From NCBI GenBank assembly GCA_024280755.1, contig JAJRPN010000027.1:33267-97266 (forward strand): a stretch of 64,000 nt of DNA, given 5' to 3'. This document shows positions 37,177-47,332 of this stretch, piece after piece (position 1 is the stretch's first letter; each line of letters opens with the position of its first letter). The notes beneath the pieces are model-generated. The model saw only the letters and a list, made by a program, of their open reading frames with translations. It did not search any database and was not told the DNA's origin. The translations under genes were made by a program, and so were the position numbers. The stretch is from Planctomycetota bacterium (GTDB taxonomy: Bacteria; Planctomycetota; Phycisphaerae; Phycisphaerales; UBA1924).

Positions 37177-38871
37177 TTACTCTACCAACTCGCCAGCCAA
37201 CATCAGTTTGTCCGCCCCCGTAATTTTCGCCCGCACAATCTTCCCAATGTAGTCACTGGGCGATTGCAAACCAACCGTTGGCACATCGAAGAACACGATC
37301 AGATCGCCATCGGTTCTGCCGGAGAGTTGAACGGTTGGGCCTTGGGTTGCCGGGTCGATCACGGCTGTTGGTGCTTGCGGGGCGGAGCCGCCGATGGTGA
37401 TGCCGACCATTCCCGATCCAGGTTTGGTGTCGGTGCCTCGTTTTTTGTGTTCGTGTCGGGAGAGCCCTTCGACGATGATACCGAACTCGCCTCCGACTTG
37501 TTCTTGGGCGATCGAGTCGGAGATTTCGGTCTGCAATGTAAGCAACTCATTGTTGCGAATCTTCTTCACGCTGTCGGGGATGTCATCAGGAATCTTGTCA
37601 TACGACACCGTGCCCGGGCGAGGCGAGTATTTGAAGATGTAGCAGTTCTTGTATCGGCTTCGGGTGAGTAGCTGCTTGGTCAGCTCATGATCTTCATCGG
37701 TTTCGGTGGGGAAGCCGACGATGATGTCGCCGCCAAGCATGAGTGGGCGTCCGATCTCAGGCTGGTGCAAAAACTCATTGCATCGCGCGATGAACTCGTA
37801 GTATGTTTCGATATCATGCCCGCGGTTCATCATTTTGAGCATGCGATTCGATCCGGTCTGGGCGGGCACATGGATGAATCGGCAGATGCGCGGGCAGTCA
37901 CGGATGACCTGCAATACATCATCACCAAAGTCGCGAGGGTAGCTCGTCAAGAACCGCAAGCGTTTGATCGCGGGGACTTCTTCGTGGATGCGGTAGAGCA
38001 GATCAGCGAAGGTCGTGGTGTTTGCGCCGGCAAAGGCATCGCGGTTGTGCGATCCTTTATAAGTCCGCCCCTTCTGAGGCTGGACGATCCCATCAACCGT
38101 TACCGCCTGGTCATGCTCGAATCGATAGTGATTCACGGTTTGACCAAGAAGCGTAATCTCGATGATGCCTTGGTCGGCGAGTGCTTTGATCTCGTCGATG
38201 ATGTTCTCAGGCGGGCGATGGATCTCGGCTCCACGCGTATGAGGGACGACGCAGTAGGTGCAAAACTTGTTGCACCCACGCGTGATACGGACATAGGCAG
38301 AGCGTCGGCCATCAAAATCTACAGGCGAGATCATCCGCCCAAGATCGAGCGATTCGAGCGAGTCGCCCGCAGCCGCCAGTGTCGAAGATCGACGCGAGGC
38401 ATTGCCCTGAAGCGCAACTTGTTTGGCCGACCGACGGATGGCGATCTCTGGATCATTGACGGCCAGCGATGTTTTCGTACGAACCGCGTTATCCACAAGC
38501 TCGGGGAGTTTGTCGAGTTCGGACGGCCCGCACATAATGTCGACGACGGGCATCCGAGCGATGAGATCTTGTCCATCGCGTTCGGCCATACAGCCCAAAA
38601 CCCCAACGACGAGATCGGGTTGTTTGAGTTTGCGTTTACGCATCTCGCCGAGCCGAGACCAGACCTTCTGCTCGGCCCGTTCACGCACCGAGCAAGTGTT
38701 GTACAGCACAATGTCCGCTTCGTCGGCATTGCTCGTAAAGCGATACCCAATCGCGCCCAATGATCCGGCAACGAGTTCAGAATCAAGCTCGTTCATCTGG
38801 CACCCAAAGGTTTCGAGATAGATAGCCTTCGCAGGAGGATTGTCGGTATTGGCGCTGGCATTGCTGGTCAT
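37177..38871 (-). CDS. miaB: tRNA-2-methylthio-N6-dimethylallyladenosine synthase (radical SAM methylthiotransferase)
   Basis: IYLETFGCQMNELDSE, YNTCSVRE, RGCNKFCTYCVVPHTRG, C-terminal TRAM-like region. The ATG at 38871 (MTSNASANTDN) fits. The 172-codon upstream extension in the track overlaps the divergent kinase gene. Confidence 0.85.
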   Translation of the reverse strand: MTSNASANTDNPPAKAIYLETFGCQMNELDSELVAGSLGAIGYRFTSNADEADIVLYNTCSVRERAEQKVWSRLGEMRKRKLKQPDLVVGVLGCMAERDGQDLIARMPVVDIMCGPSELDKLPELVDNAVRTKTSLAVNDPEIAIRRSAKQVALQGNASRRSSTLAAAGDSLESLDLGRMISPVDFDGRRSAYVRITRGCNKFCTYCVVPHTRGAEIHRPPENIIDEIKALADQGIIEITLLGQTVNHYRFEHDQAVTVDGIVQPQKGRTYKGSHNRDAFAGANTTTFADLLYRIHEEVPAIKRLRFLTSYPRDFGDDVLQVIRDCPRICRFIHVPAQTGSNRMLKMMNRGHDIETYYEFIARCNEFLHQPEIGRPLMLGGDIIVGFPTETDEDHELTKQLLTRSRYKNCYIFKYSPRPGTVSYDKIPDDIPDSVKKIRNNELLTLQTEISDSIAQEQVGGEFGIIVEGLSRHEHKKRGTDTKPGSGMVGITIGGSAPQAPTAVIDPATQGPTVQLSGRTDGDLIVFFDVPTVGLQSPSDYIGKIVRAKITGADKLMLAGELVE

Positions 38872-38940
38872 AGGGTTCAAGTGTACGCCCATTGACCCAG
38901 ATACCCAACACGAAACCCGATCTTGGGATAGACTCTGTCC

Positions 38941-40629
38941 GTGACAACGATCCACGATATCCAGTCTTGGTTTAAAGAGCTTTCGTTGGCGACGAAATGT
39001 CTGCTCTTGTTCGGTGGTGCCTCCGCCTTCATTATCACCATCGCCCTCTCGCTGCCATTGCTCCGAATGAACGGGCTTGTTGGTGCGGGCGAGCAGGAAC
39101 TTTCGCGGACGGTGTACGCCACATGGGCGGCTTCTGAATCGCCGGGTTCCAAAACCAAGGAGTTCGCTGCTGGTGGTGCGACCATCCGCCCGCTCACGCG
39201 AAACCAGATAGACGCAACCGTCGCGGACGATCGTTTTCTTGCCAACGCGATGCGTAAGTTTAATCGCTCGACCACCCGTGTCGAATATTTCGATGCCGAC
39301 TGGTCGGGTTGGAATCGGATCTATCTCTATGCCCGCGCGACGCGCGATGCCAATGCTCAGATCACCCATGTGGTTGTTTTGGAGCATCGCGCCGACGGTG
39401 CCGGGTGGCTGTTGGTCGTCAACTTGCTCTATGTCCTCGCTGCCGGTTCGGTGGTTTTGGCGGTCGCGTTGGTGGTGTATGCGACGATCATCAATCGGTT
39501 GATTCTTGGCCCGGTAGAAGCCCTCCAGAAAACCGCCGAGCTTGTCCGCGATGGCGATCTCGATACTCGTTCACAAATCGAAACAGGTGACGAGTTCGAA
39601 GAGCTTTCCGAAACAATCAATCTGATGCTCGCAGGGCTCAGTCGACAGCGGGATCAGCTCCGTGATGCTAACAAAGCGATGGACATTAAGCTCACAGAAC
39701 TTTCCGAAGCCAATATCGCATTGTTCGAATCTGCTCGGCTCAAAGGCGAGTTCTTGGCGAGTGTCTCGCACGAGCTGCGCACGCCGCTCAATGCGATTAT
39801 CGGCTTTGCCGAACTGCTCCTCGAAATCGCACGCAAGGAAGTGGCAATCAACGCCGAGTGCGAAGGCGAGCCGGTGTACGATCCCAACGAACTGAACAAA
39901 CGCGAGCGGTACCTCGTCAATATTGTTTCTGCCGGGCGAACCCTGCTCGAAATGATCGAATCACTCTTAGAGATGGCCAAGATCGAAGCCGGGCGTGTCG
40001 AGCTCAACATCACCCCGATGAACCTCGCGGAGAACTGTCAGGCATTGGTCGGGTTGATCCATCCCCTTGCCCGCAAGAAAGGCATCACGGTCAAGCTCGA
40101 TATCGCACCTGATCTGCCGATCATTGAGACTGATCCAAAGAAGTTTCATCAGATCATTTTCAATCTGCTCTCGAATGCAGTCAAGTTCACGGGCAATGGT
40201 TCCCAAGACACCACGGGCGAGATCATCCTGCGGGCAGAACCGATCCATGATGATAACACGGGTACTGATCAGATCAGGATCTCCGTCATTGACAACGGCG
40301 AGGGAATCGCCACAGATGATCAAGAACGGATCTTCGATAAGTTTCAACAAGTCGATTCTTCGCATACCCGCTCGCACACAGGCACCGGGCTTGGCTTGGC
40401 GATCGTGCTCGAACTCACAAGGCTCTTGCAAGGCGAGATCCAAGTGGTCTCAGAACTCGGTGCCGGCTCGATGTTCTCGGTCATGATCCCGACAACAATC
40501 AACCAGGTCACCTTCGAAGAAGCAAAGCTCGAAGCCAAGTTCAGAGGCTCGCTCCGCCCGCCAAAGCCAGACGAAAACTCGTCAGCCAACGAAGACCCCG
40601 CCGAAGCATCCCAAGAGTTTACAGGCTAA
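38941..40629 (+). CDS. sensor histidine kinase (TM-HAMP-HisKA-HATPase), no adjacent response regulator
   Basis: H-box FLASVSHELRTPLNAI, N-box LLSNAVKFT, G-boxes DNGEGI and GTGLGLAIV. GTG start. Confidence 0.85.
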   Translation: MTTIHDIQSWFKELSLATKCLLLFGGASAFIITIALSLPLLRMNGLVGAGEQELSRTVYATWAASESPGSKTKEFAAGGATIRPLTRNQIDATVADDRFLANAMRKFNRSTTRVEYFDADWSGWNRIYLYARATRDANAQITHVVVLEHRADGAGWLLVVNLLYVLAAGSVVLAVALVVYATIINRLILGPVEALQKTAELVRDGDLDTRSQIETGDEFEELSETINLMLAGLSRQRDQLRDANKAMDIKLTELSEANIALFESARLKGEFLASVSHELRTPLNAIIGFAELLLEIARKEVAINAECEGEPVYDPNELNKRERYLVNIVSAGRTLLEMIESLLEMAKIEAGRVELNITPMNLAENCQALVGLIHPLARKKGITVKLDIAPDLPIIETDPKKFHQIIFNLLSNAVKFTGNGSQDTTGEIILRAEPIHDDNTGTDQIRISVIDNGEGIATDDQERIFDKFQQVDSSHTRSHTGTGLGLAIVLELTRLLQGEIQVVSELGAGSMFSVMIPTTINQVTFEEAKLEAKFRGSLRPPKPDENSSANEDPAEASQEFTG

Positions 40630-40685
40630 GTTCGTTCTCTAGGTCGTGTCTGCCGGCTCGGTTCCATACAAGAACGCCATCCTTT

Positions 40686-40848
40686 TCTCCTCCCCCGGGC
40701 CTCCGGGGGAGGTGGCTGCGCAGCAGACGGAGGGGGTCTTGAAGAAGGCAATGGGCAATGGGGAATAGGCAATGGGGAAGAGAAGAAAGAGAAGCCCCCC
40801 TCCGCCTCACTTCGATCGGCACCTCCCCCGGAAGCTCGGGGGAGGAGA
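40686..40848. repeat. nested palindromic intergenic element, copy D
   Basis: TCTCCTCCCCCGGGCCTCCGGGGGAGGTGGCTGCGCAGCAGACGGAGGGGGTCTT ... AAGCCCCCCTCCGCCTCACTTCGATCGGCACCTCCCCCGGAAGCTCGGGGGAGGAGA. The spacer holds GGCAATGGG-like mini repeats. Confidence 0.85.
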
Positions 40849-40881
40849 GTATGCGATCAAACACGAGCCGTCAGACACGGC

Positions 40882-41304
40882 CTAAGCACCGACCGCAGAT
40901 TCATAGTGCCGAATGGCAATCGGGTCTGTCTGATCAATCGTAAACTCGACTGCGATCACATCGATCCGGATACGCTTGCCTCGGCAATCATCCCGAGCAG
41001 CAATCCCCTTGGCCAATGTACGAAGTTTGCGTTTTTTGGCTGCGGTAATGCTCGCTTCAGGCGCAGGCGTCGCTGCCGACTTGCGTGTCCGGGCTTTGAC
41101 CTCAACAACAATCACGCTGTTGGTCTTTGGGTCGAGGCAGAGGATATCGATCTCGCCCATTTTGAGCCGAAGGTTTCGGGCAAGAATCTGATAGCCCTTT
41201 TTCTTCATATGCTTTGTCGCCGCGTCTTCGCCTCGGACCCAAACTGATTTCGGTTTGCCTACGCGAAACCGGAGTAACCGAGCGAGTTTAGTCCTCAAAC
41301 GCAT
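40882..41304 (-). CDS. yraN: YraN family endonuclease (UPF0102)
   Basis: KGYQILARNLRLKMGEIDILCLD...VVVEVKAR. Confidence 0.75.
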   Translation of the reverse strand: MRLRTKLARLLRFRVGKPKSVWVRGEDAATKHMKKKGYQILARNLRLKMGEIDILCLDPKTNSVIVVEVKARTRKSAATPAPEASITAAKKRKLRTLAKGIAARDDCRGKRIRIDVIAVEFTIDQTDPIAIRHYESAVGA

Positions 41305-41307
41305 GGC

Positions 41308-42606
41308 TCAACCCTGTGGGCCATAGCGTTGTTCTGCGATTTCGAGCAATCTCATCAGCACTTCGTCTCTGCTCGAGACCTTTGCTCGTTCGATCAATCG
41401 AGCAAGATAATCATTCCGTGCCTTTGTGCGTCGCTCATATGTTAGGTCGCGTTGAATCTGAAGCTGGGCATCATAAAGCGAAACAGAATCTTGCTTGATC
41501 TCGATGAGTTTAACCCAATACACCGTCGAACTCAGATTGATCGGGCCTGCAACTTGTCCGGTCGAAAGCTGTTGGGTTTGTTCGTTGAGTGCATCAGATC
41601 CAAAGAAGTTGGTGGTTTCGAAGCTCTCTTCGATCACTACGCTGTGCAAGCCTTGGGTTTCGGTGTTGTAGTTGTTAAGTTTGCCCGCTGCCATCGCGAC
41701 AAAGTCTTCGCCAGCATCGATCTTGGTTTGGATGGTTGCGATTTTCTCGGCGTCATCGCTAAATGCACGGACTACACGGAAGATCGCTGTCGGCGGCGGG
41801 GAATATGTATCAATGTCATGCTCATACCGCTGCTTGATATCGCGCCAAGACACATTCACCCGCTTGTTCACCTCTTGGATGAGTGTGAGTTGAACAAGCG
41901 TGTCGATCTCTTTTTGCTGCAATGCTTGATCAAGGGTTACACCTTGCTCTTGCTGAATGCGTCGGCTCGCAAGCTGCGAGCTTCCCAGGTTCTTCGAGAG
42001 TAGGTCATTTCGGAAGTTGCTTAAAAACGCCTGAAGCCCAACCCGCTGGGTTGGGGTCAGCGAGGTCAAAGCTTCTGATCGGAGCAGCTCGTCGGTGATG
42101 ATTCCGTTGAGCCGATTGAGGATCAGTTTGTGTGCGCTTCTGAGCCATTGATCCCCCGGAAGTCGGGAGGCCTCGGTAAGAAGCCGATCCTCGATCGGTT
42201 CAAAGAACGAGTTGGTAAAAATCGGCTTGCCATTCACATCGCCAATTTTGGCATCAAGAAGCTCTAGCGAACTGTTCGCTGAAGAATGCACAGGTGAAAT
42301 GCCCGTTGTCGGTTCAGTCGTCGGCTCAAATGATGGTGGACGAGCAGTCAGTGTGATCCCGTCGCTCGAAATCTCCCGGATTGCAGGCATTTCTTCTGTT
42401 GCCGGCGAAGTTCTCTGAGTTGAACTTGCAGCTTGCTCGGTTGTGTTCTCGCTGACAAAGTCATGGAGTCTTACATGTTCGAGGTTCTTAGATCGTGGGC
42501 CTTTGACCTTTGAGCCGGTACACCCAGCAAGCAGCATCGACGCGCATAAGAACGAAGAGCAAACACAGACGGATTTCATTGCGATTGGGTACGGTTTGGT
42601 CTTCAT
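41308..42606 (-). CDS. putative periplasmic chaperone-like lipoprotein (SurA/PpiD-like)
   Basis: The ATG at 42606 gives MKTKPYPIAMKSVCVCSSFLCASMLLAGC (lipobox). The helical N-domain and degenerate parvulin-like segment are only weakly recognisable. Confidence 0.4.
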   Translation of the reverse strand: MKTKPYPIAMKSVCVCSSFLCASMLLAGCTGSKVKGPRSKNLEHVRLHDFVSENTTEQAASSTQRTSPATEEMPAIREISSDGITLTARPPSFEPTTEPTTGISPVHSSANSSLELLDAKIGDVNGKPIFTNSFFEPIEDRLLTEASRLPGDQWLRSAHKLILNRLNGIITDELLRSEALTSLTPTQRVGLQAFLSNFRNDLLSKNLGSSQLASRRIQQEQGVTLDQALQQKEIDTLVQLTLIQEVNKRVNVSWRDIKQRYEHDIDTYSPPPTAIFRVVRAFSDDAEKIATIQTKIDAGEDFVAMAAGKLNNYNTETQGLHSVVIEESFETTNFFGSDALNEQTQQLSTGQVAGPINLSSTVYWVKLIEIKQDSVSLYDAQLQIQRDLTYERRTKARNDYLARLIERAKVSSRDEVLMRLLEIAEQRYGPQG

Positions 42607-42653
42607 TGTGTGTTCTCTGAATCGGATAGGAGCTAGAATGTATACTACACCAA

Positions 42654-43139
42654 ATGGAGCCACATATGTCTGAACCTGATGCCCCGAAACTGATTATCGA
42701 CGATGATTGGAAATCCTCCGCACAAGCCGAGAAAGAAAAACTCGTCGCGGCGGAGAAAGAAAAAGCCGAGCAAGATGCCCAAGCAACCCCCGGAGGGCTC
42801 CCAGAGGTCATCGGGTTCAAAGAACTCTTGAGCCTCTTCGCTACCCAAGCATTGATGTATATGGGGGCGATCCCCGATCAATCAGGGCGTGCGATGGTCT
42901 CGCTTGAGGTCGCCAAGCTCAATATTGACCTGTTGGCTGTCGTTCAAGACAAAACCAAAGGCAATCTGACTGCTGAAGAGCAAGAGATGATCGATGGCAC
43001 CGTCTCCGAGCTGCGGATGCAGTTTGTCGAGGTCACCAAAGCCGTCGCTCAGGCTGCCCAAGACGGGACGCTTGAGCAAATGCAGGTGGATCCCAACAAT
43101 CCAATGGGCCCGGGCTCTGGCCCGTCCCTGAGTATTTAA
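42654..43139 (+). CDS. DUF1844 domain protein
   Basis: FKELLSLFATQALMYMGAIPD...AKLNIDLLAVVQDKTKGNLTAEEQEMI matches my recollection of the DUF1844 consensus. Alternative ATG at 42666. Confidence 0.6.
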   Translation: MEPHMSEPDAPKLIIDDDWKSSAQAEKEKLVAAEKEKAEQDAQATPGGLPEVIGFKELLSLFATQALMYMGAIPDQSGRAMVSLEVAKLNIDLLAVVQDKTKGNLTAEEQEMIDGTVSELRMQFVEVTKAVAQAAQDGTLEQMQVDPNNPMGPGSGPSLSI

Positions 43140-43240
43140 GTTGTACACCGGCACGCATCAATGTGCCGATAGAAAACCGAATAGATAAGTTTTACCAGAG
43201 AACACATCGGAGTATACAGGTGAGTGAAAACGCAGATTCC

Positions 43241-44065
43241 ATGCAAAACCGCCACTTCCTTTTGCGTCGGCTACATTCCCTCTCGGGCATCGTCCCCGTT
43301 GGGGTGTTCCTGATCGTTCACCTTGTCACCAACTCCACCATCGCGTGGGGCGGGCTCAACTCACGGGTGGATCAAGAAGGGTTCGGTTGGTTTGATCGTT
43401 CGATCGCAACCTTCCAGCATGAAGTGAGCTTCATCAACAACATGCCTTTGCTGTTGCTGATCGAGATCACGCTCTGGTCAGCGATCGGGTTCCACTCCAT
43501 TTTGGGTGTGTACTACGCCATGAGCGGCAAAGGGAACACAGGTTCCTACAAGTATGGTGGCAACCTCCGCTATGCTCTCCAACGCACCACCGGATACTTC
43601 GGCATCTTCTTCATCTTCTACCATGTCGCCACCTTGCGGTGGGGTTGGACATGGCTTGTTCCCGGTGGCGTCGAATGGTCGCATGAGCACGCCTCATCAA
43701 CATTTGCCGCGGCACTCCAAGGCTCAACCGATGGATTTACCGCGGTCGGTTTTTTGGTCGCGTGTTTTTACTTCCTCGGTGTGAGTGCACTCGTATTCCA
43801 CTTCGCCAACGGCTTGTGGTCGGCAGCCATCACCTGGGGCATCACTGTCTCGCGTCCAGCACAAAAGCGGTGGGGGATCATGTGTGCCGGGCTCGGTGCA
43901 GGGCTGATGTTCCTCGCGTGGGTATCGGTCATCGGATTCGCCACACTTGATTACGATCAAGCACGCGAAGTCGAAGATCAACTGCTCGGCGAAAGCATCC
44001 ATATGAATGTTGATGACGCACACGATGCCGTCACCTTGACCGGGCACGATGATATCGATGGCTAA
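43241..44065 (+). CDS. sdhC: succinate dehydrogenase cytochrome b subunit (b558-type)
   Basis: FLLRRLHSLSGIVPVGVFLIVHL and multiple TM helices. Directly upstream of sdhA. The start is ambiguous (GTG 43163, ATG 43241). Confidence 0.75.
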   Translation: MQNRHFLLRRLHSLSGIVPVGVFLIVHLVTNSTIAWGGLNSRVDQEGFGWFDRSIATFQHEVSFINNMPLLLLIEITLWSAIGFHSILGVYYAMSGKGNTGSYKYGGNLRYALQRTTGYFGIFFIFYHVATLRWGWTWLVPGGVEWSHEHASSTFAAALQGSTDGFTAVGFLVACFYFLGVSALVFHFANGLWSAAITWGITVSRPAQKRWGIMCAGLGAGLMFLAWVSVIGFATLDYDQAREVEDQLLGESIHMNVDDAHDAVTLTGHDDIDG

Positions 44066-44159
44066 ATGATGGCTGAATGCTTCAATAAAGCTGCGTAGAA
44101 CAAACTCAATCAAACTCAGCGTCACACACAACGACGCACAGAGATGAAGAAGAATACAA

Positions 44160-46130
44160 ATGGCTGATCAAAAACGAGTGATTGTTGTCGGAGGCGGGCT
44201 CGCAGGGCTCGCAGCAAGTATCCGGGTCGCCGAAGCCGGGATGGCGGTCGATCTGTTCTCGATGGTGCCCGTCAAGCGATCACACTCGGTGTGCGCACAA
44301 GGCGGGATCAACGCATGCAACGATGTCGCACGCCAGCAAGGCTATTCCGAGTATCAGCATTTCGATGAAACCCTCATCGGGGGCGATTTCCTCAACGATC
44401 AGCACCCGGTGCTTGAGATGACCAACTGGGCACCCAAGATCATCGACCTGCTCGATCGCATGGGCGTGCCTTTTAACCGCTCAAACGAGGGGTTCCGCGA
44501 TCTGCGTCTCTTTGGTGGTTCGCTCTTCAAACGAACCCATTTCGCAGGCGCAACCACCGGCCAACAACTGCTTTATGCACTCGACGAGCAAACCAGAAGG
44601 TTTGCGGCTGAGGGCAAGGTCAATATGAAAGAGTTCTGGGAGTTCCTCTGGCCGATTATTGAAGGCGAAGGAGAGGATGCTCGATGTGTCGGGATTGTCG
44701 CCCAGGACATGCGCACCATGCAGATCCAGTCCTTCCGCGCTGATGCCGTGATTATGGCGACCGGCGGGTGTGGATTGGTCTTTGGGAAATCAACCAACTC
44801 GGTCATCTGCACCGGCGGCGCTGCATCGCGGTGCTACCAAGCCGGTGCATGGTATGGCAATGCCGAGATGATCCAGGTCCACCCGACCGCGATCCCCGGT
44901 GCCGATAAGTGTCGATTGATGTCCGAGTCTGCGCGTGGCGAGGGCGGACGAGTCTGGGTACCCGCCAAGAAGGGCGATACCCGTAAGCCTAAAGACATTC
45001 CAGAAAACGAACGGTACTACATCCTCGAAGAACGGTATCCAAAGTACGGCAACTTGGTGCCTCGCGATATTGCGACGCGCGAGATCTTCGATGTCTGTGT
45101 CAATGAAGGCATGGGGATCAACGGGACGAATCAAGTCTATCTCGATCTGACCCATATGGACCCGGATTACCTCACCGAAAAACTCGGTGGCATCCTCGAT
45201 ATCTACGAGAAGTTCGTCGGCGATGACCCCCGGTTCACCCCGATGCGGATCTTCCCCGCGGTGCATTATTCGATGGGTGGCTTGTGGACGACCTACACCG
45301 CTGGCGATTATCAGCCAGACGCGCCGATCTCTGGGTTTAAACCCGGCGATGCGATCCCCGTTGGTACCGAGCCGGGACAAGGTATGGAAGTGGGGGCGCA
45401 CAACAATGCGATGACCAATATCACTGGTCTCTATGCCTTTGGCGAAGTGAACTTTGCCTATCACGGCGCAACGCGACTCGGTGCCAATGCACTGCTCAGT
45501 TGTATCTTTGACGGCCTATGCAACGGCGTGTCGGTCGTGAACTATGTCCGCGAAGCTGGACACACGCCCGCAGCCGAGATCGACCAATCAGTATTCGATG
45601 CAGCGGTTAAGCAAGAGCAAGACAAGCACGACAACCTGCTCAAATCGACCAGCAATGGCACGGGCGATCGCAAGCTCAACCCATACCAGATCGCGTTTGA
45701 GCTTGGCGAAGAAATGAACTCCGCTTCGACGGTTGTGAAGACCGGGTCGGGGCTCGAAAAATGCTTGAGCAAACTCGAAGAGCTCAAAGATCGCTACAGC
45801 AAGGTCGAACTCGGTGATGGCGCGATGTGGACCAATCAATCACTGAGCTTTACCCGCTCGGTGGGCGACATGATCATCATCGGCGAAGCAATCGCCAAAG
45901 CGGGTCTGCTCCGCGAGGAATCCCGAGGCAGCCACTACCGCACCGACTTCCCCGAGCGTGACGATGACAAGTTCTGGAAGGCATCAGTTGCCAAGTTTAA
46001 CGCAAGTTCAGGCAAGAGCGATGTCGAGTTTGTCGATGTCAAGGCTGGGCTCGTCAAGCTTCGCCCACGAGACTACGGCAAGACCGAATCGAGTGCTGGA
46101 GCGAAGAAAGAACCAGTCGGCGCATCATAA
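44160..46130 (+). CDS. sdhA: succinate dehydrogenase / fumarate reductase flavoprotein subunit
   Basis: VVGGGLAGLAA FAD fold, HSVCAQGGI, HPTA, RGSHYR. Confidence 0.95.
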   Translation: MADQKRVIVVGGGLAGLAASIRVAEAGMAVDLFSMVPVKRSHSVCAQGGINACNDVARQQGYSEYQHFDETLIGGDFLNDQHPVLEMTNWAPKIIDLLDRMGVPFNRSNEGFRDLRLFGGSLFKRTHFAGATTGQQLLYALDEQTRRFAAEGKVNMKEFWEFLWPIIEGEGEDARCVGIVAQDMRTMQIQSFRADAVIMATGGCGLVFGKSTNSVICTGGAASRCYQAGAWYGNAEMIQVHPTAIPGADKCRLMSESARGEGGRVWVPAKKGDTRKPKDIPENERYYILEERYPKYGNLVPRDIATREIFDVCVNEGMGINGTNQVYLDLTHMDPDYLTEKLGGILDIYEKFVGDDPRFTPMRIFPAVHYSMGGLWTTYTAGDYQPDAPISGFKPGDAIPVGTEPGQGMEVGAHNNAMTNITGLYAFGEVNFAYHGATRLGANALLSCIFDGLCNGVSVVNYVREAGHTPAAEIDQSVFDAAVKQEQDKHDNLLKSTSNGTGDRKLNPYQIAFELGEEMNSASTVVKTGSGLEKCLSKLEELKDRYSKVELGDGAMWTNQSLSFTRSVGDMIIIGEAIAKAGLLREESRGSHYRTDFPERDDDKFWKASVAKFNASSGKSDVEFVDVKAGLVKLRPRDYGKTESSAGAKKEPVGAS

Positions 46131-46209
46131 TGAGATTGGTAGACGAGCCGAGTGATCAAAGAGAAAGAATCAGGAACGACTCCAACTGGACCTGTAAAGG
46201 ATACGAGCA

Positions 46210-47061
46210 ATGAGTGAAGCAGAAGCCTACTCCTACGACGCAGACATGCGAAAAGCCAACCGCAAACAAGCGGTCGAGGGGCGAAGCGTGATCTTCAAGA
46301 TCAAACGCTGCGATGGTCCTGGCAAATCGACCCGGTGGGAATCTTTCAAGATCCCCATCGAGACCGGCGCCAATGTGATCTCGTCGCTTAACTGGATCGC
46401 AGCGAATCCTGTCACGGTCGAAGGCACCAAGACCACGCCTGTGGTTTGGGACTCGAGCTGCCTCGAAGAGGTCTGCGGCGCATGCACGATGGTCATCAAC
46501 GGCCGAGTCCGCCAATCATGCTCGTGCTTGATCGATGAATACGCACCCAAAGACGGCGATGTCATGACGCTCGAACCAATGAGCAAGTTCCCCGTTATCC
46601 GAGATCTGTGGGTTGATCGCCAACGCTTGTTTAGCAACCTCACCCGCGTCAAAGGATGGGTACCGATCGACGGCACCTACAACATGGGCGCAGGACCCAA
46701 GGAATCGCACGAACAACAGCAGATGCGCTATGCACTTTCTGAGTGCATGAGCTGCGGGTGTTGTCTTGAAGCGTGCCCGCAGTTTACCAAAGAAGAAGAT
46801 GAATCCCAATGGGATTCGAGCTTCGTTGGTGCCCACGCGATCTCGCAGGCTCGGTACTTCAACGAACATGAGACCGGCAAGCAGCTCAAGGACGAACGCA
46901 TGGATGCACTCTCAGGTGCGGGCGGGATCAACGACTGTGGCAACGCACAGAACTGTGTCAAGGTATGTCCAAAGGGCATCCCGCTGACTGAATCCATCGG
47001 GGCGATCGGACGCAGTGCGACCATGCACGCGATCAAGCAGTTCTTCCAAGGCAAGAAGTAA
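46210..47061 (+). CDS. sdhB: succinate dehydrogenase iron-sulfur subunit
   Basis: Cys clusters SCLEEVCGAC, CMSCGCCLEACP, CGNAQNCVKVCP. Confidence 0.9.
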   Translation: MSEAEAYSYDADMRKANRKQAVEGRSVIFKIKRCDGPGKSTRWESFKIPIETGANVISSLNWIAANPVTVEGTKTTPVVWDSSCLEEVCGACTMVINGRVRQSCSCLIDEYAPKDGDVMTLEPMSKFPVIRDLWVDRQRLFSNLTRVKGWVPIDGTYNMGAGPKESHEQQQMRYALSECMSCGCCLEACPQFTKEEDESQWDSSFVGAHAISQARYFNEHETGKQLKDERMDALSGAGGINDCGNAQNCVKVCPKGIPLTESIGAIGRSATMHAIKQFFQGKK

Positions 47062-47083
47062 AATTATAGTTTGGAATTTTGAT

Positions 47084-47107
47084 AGCTCGGTGAGCCGAGT
47101 TTTTTTC
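47084..47107 (+). terminator. candidate terminator after sdhB
   Basis: AGCTCGG-tga-GCCGAGT followed by TTTTTT. The stem is short, so this call is weak. Confidence 0.4.
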
Positions 47108-47128
47108 AATGGACACCCGGTCTTTTTT

Positions 47129-47279
47129 CTTGCTTCTCCCTGCGCCCCGCGGGGAGGTGTCCCGATGAAGTCGGGTCGGAGGGGTGTCTTGAGAGATTGT
47201 TTAATTGATGTAGATTCGGAAGACACCCCTCCGTCTCGCTTTGCTCGACACCTCCCCGCGGGGCGCAGGGAGGGGCAAG
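47129..47279. repeat. nested palindromic intergenic element, copy E (CCCCGCGGGG variant)
   Basis: CTTGCTTCTCCCTGCGCCCCGCGGGGAGGTGTCCCGATGAAGTCGGGTCGGAGGGGTGTCTT ... AAGACACCCCTCCGTCTCGCTTTGCTCGACACCTCCCCGCGGGGCGCAGGGAGGGGCAAG. Confidence 0.8.
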
Positions 47280-47332
47280 AATCCGGCGCGGCGAGCCGGA
47301 CCACCGAAGGCTCGCGTTTTTTATAGAACAGA

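Noticed and set aside
38872-39387. 172-codon N-terminal extension of miaB (track ORF 37177-39387)
   Set aside because: MiaB homology begins right after the internal ATG at 38871. The extension overlaps the divergent histidine kinase gene (38941 onward) and reads as Arg/Gly-rich antisense translation.
43146-43170. Hairpin CGGCAC-gcatcaat-GTGCCG after the DUF1844 gene as a terminator
   Set aside because: The stem is only 6 bp and has no following T-run. It also overlaps the possible GTG start of sdhC, so I do not call it.
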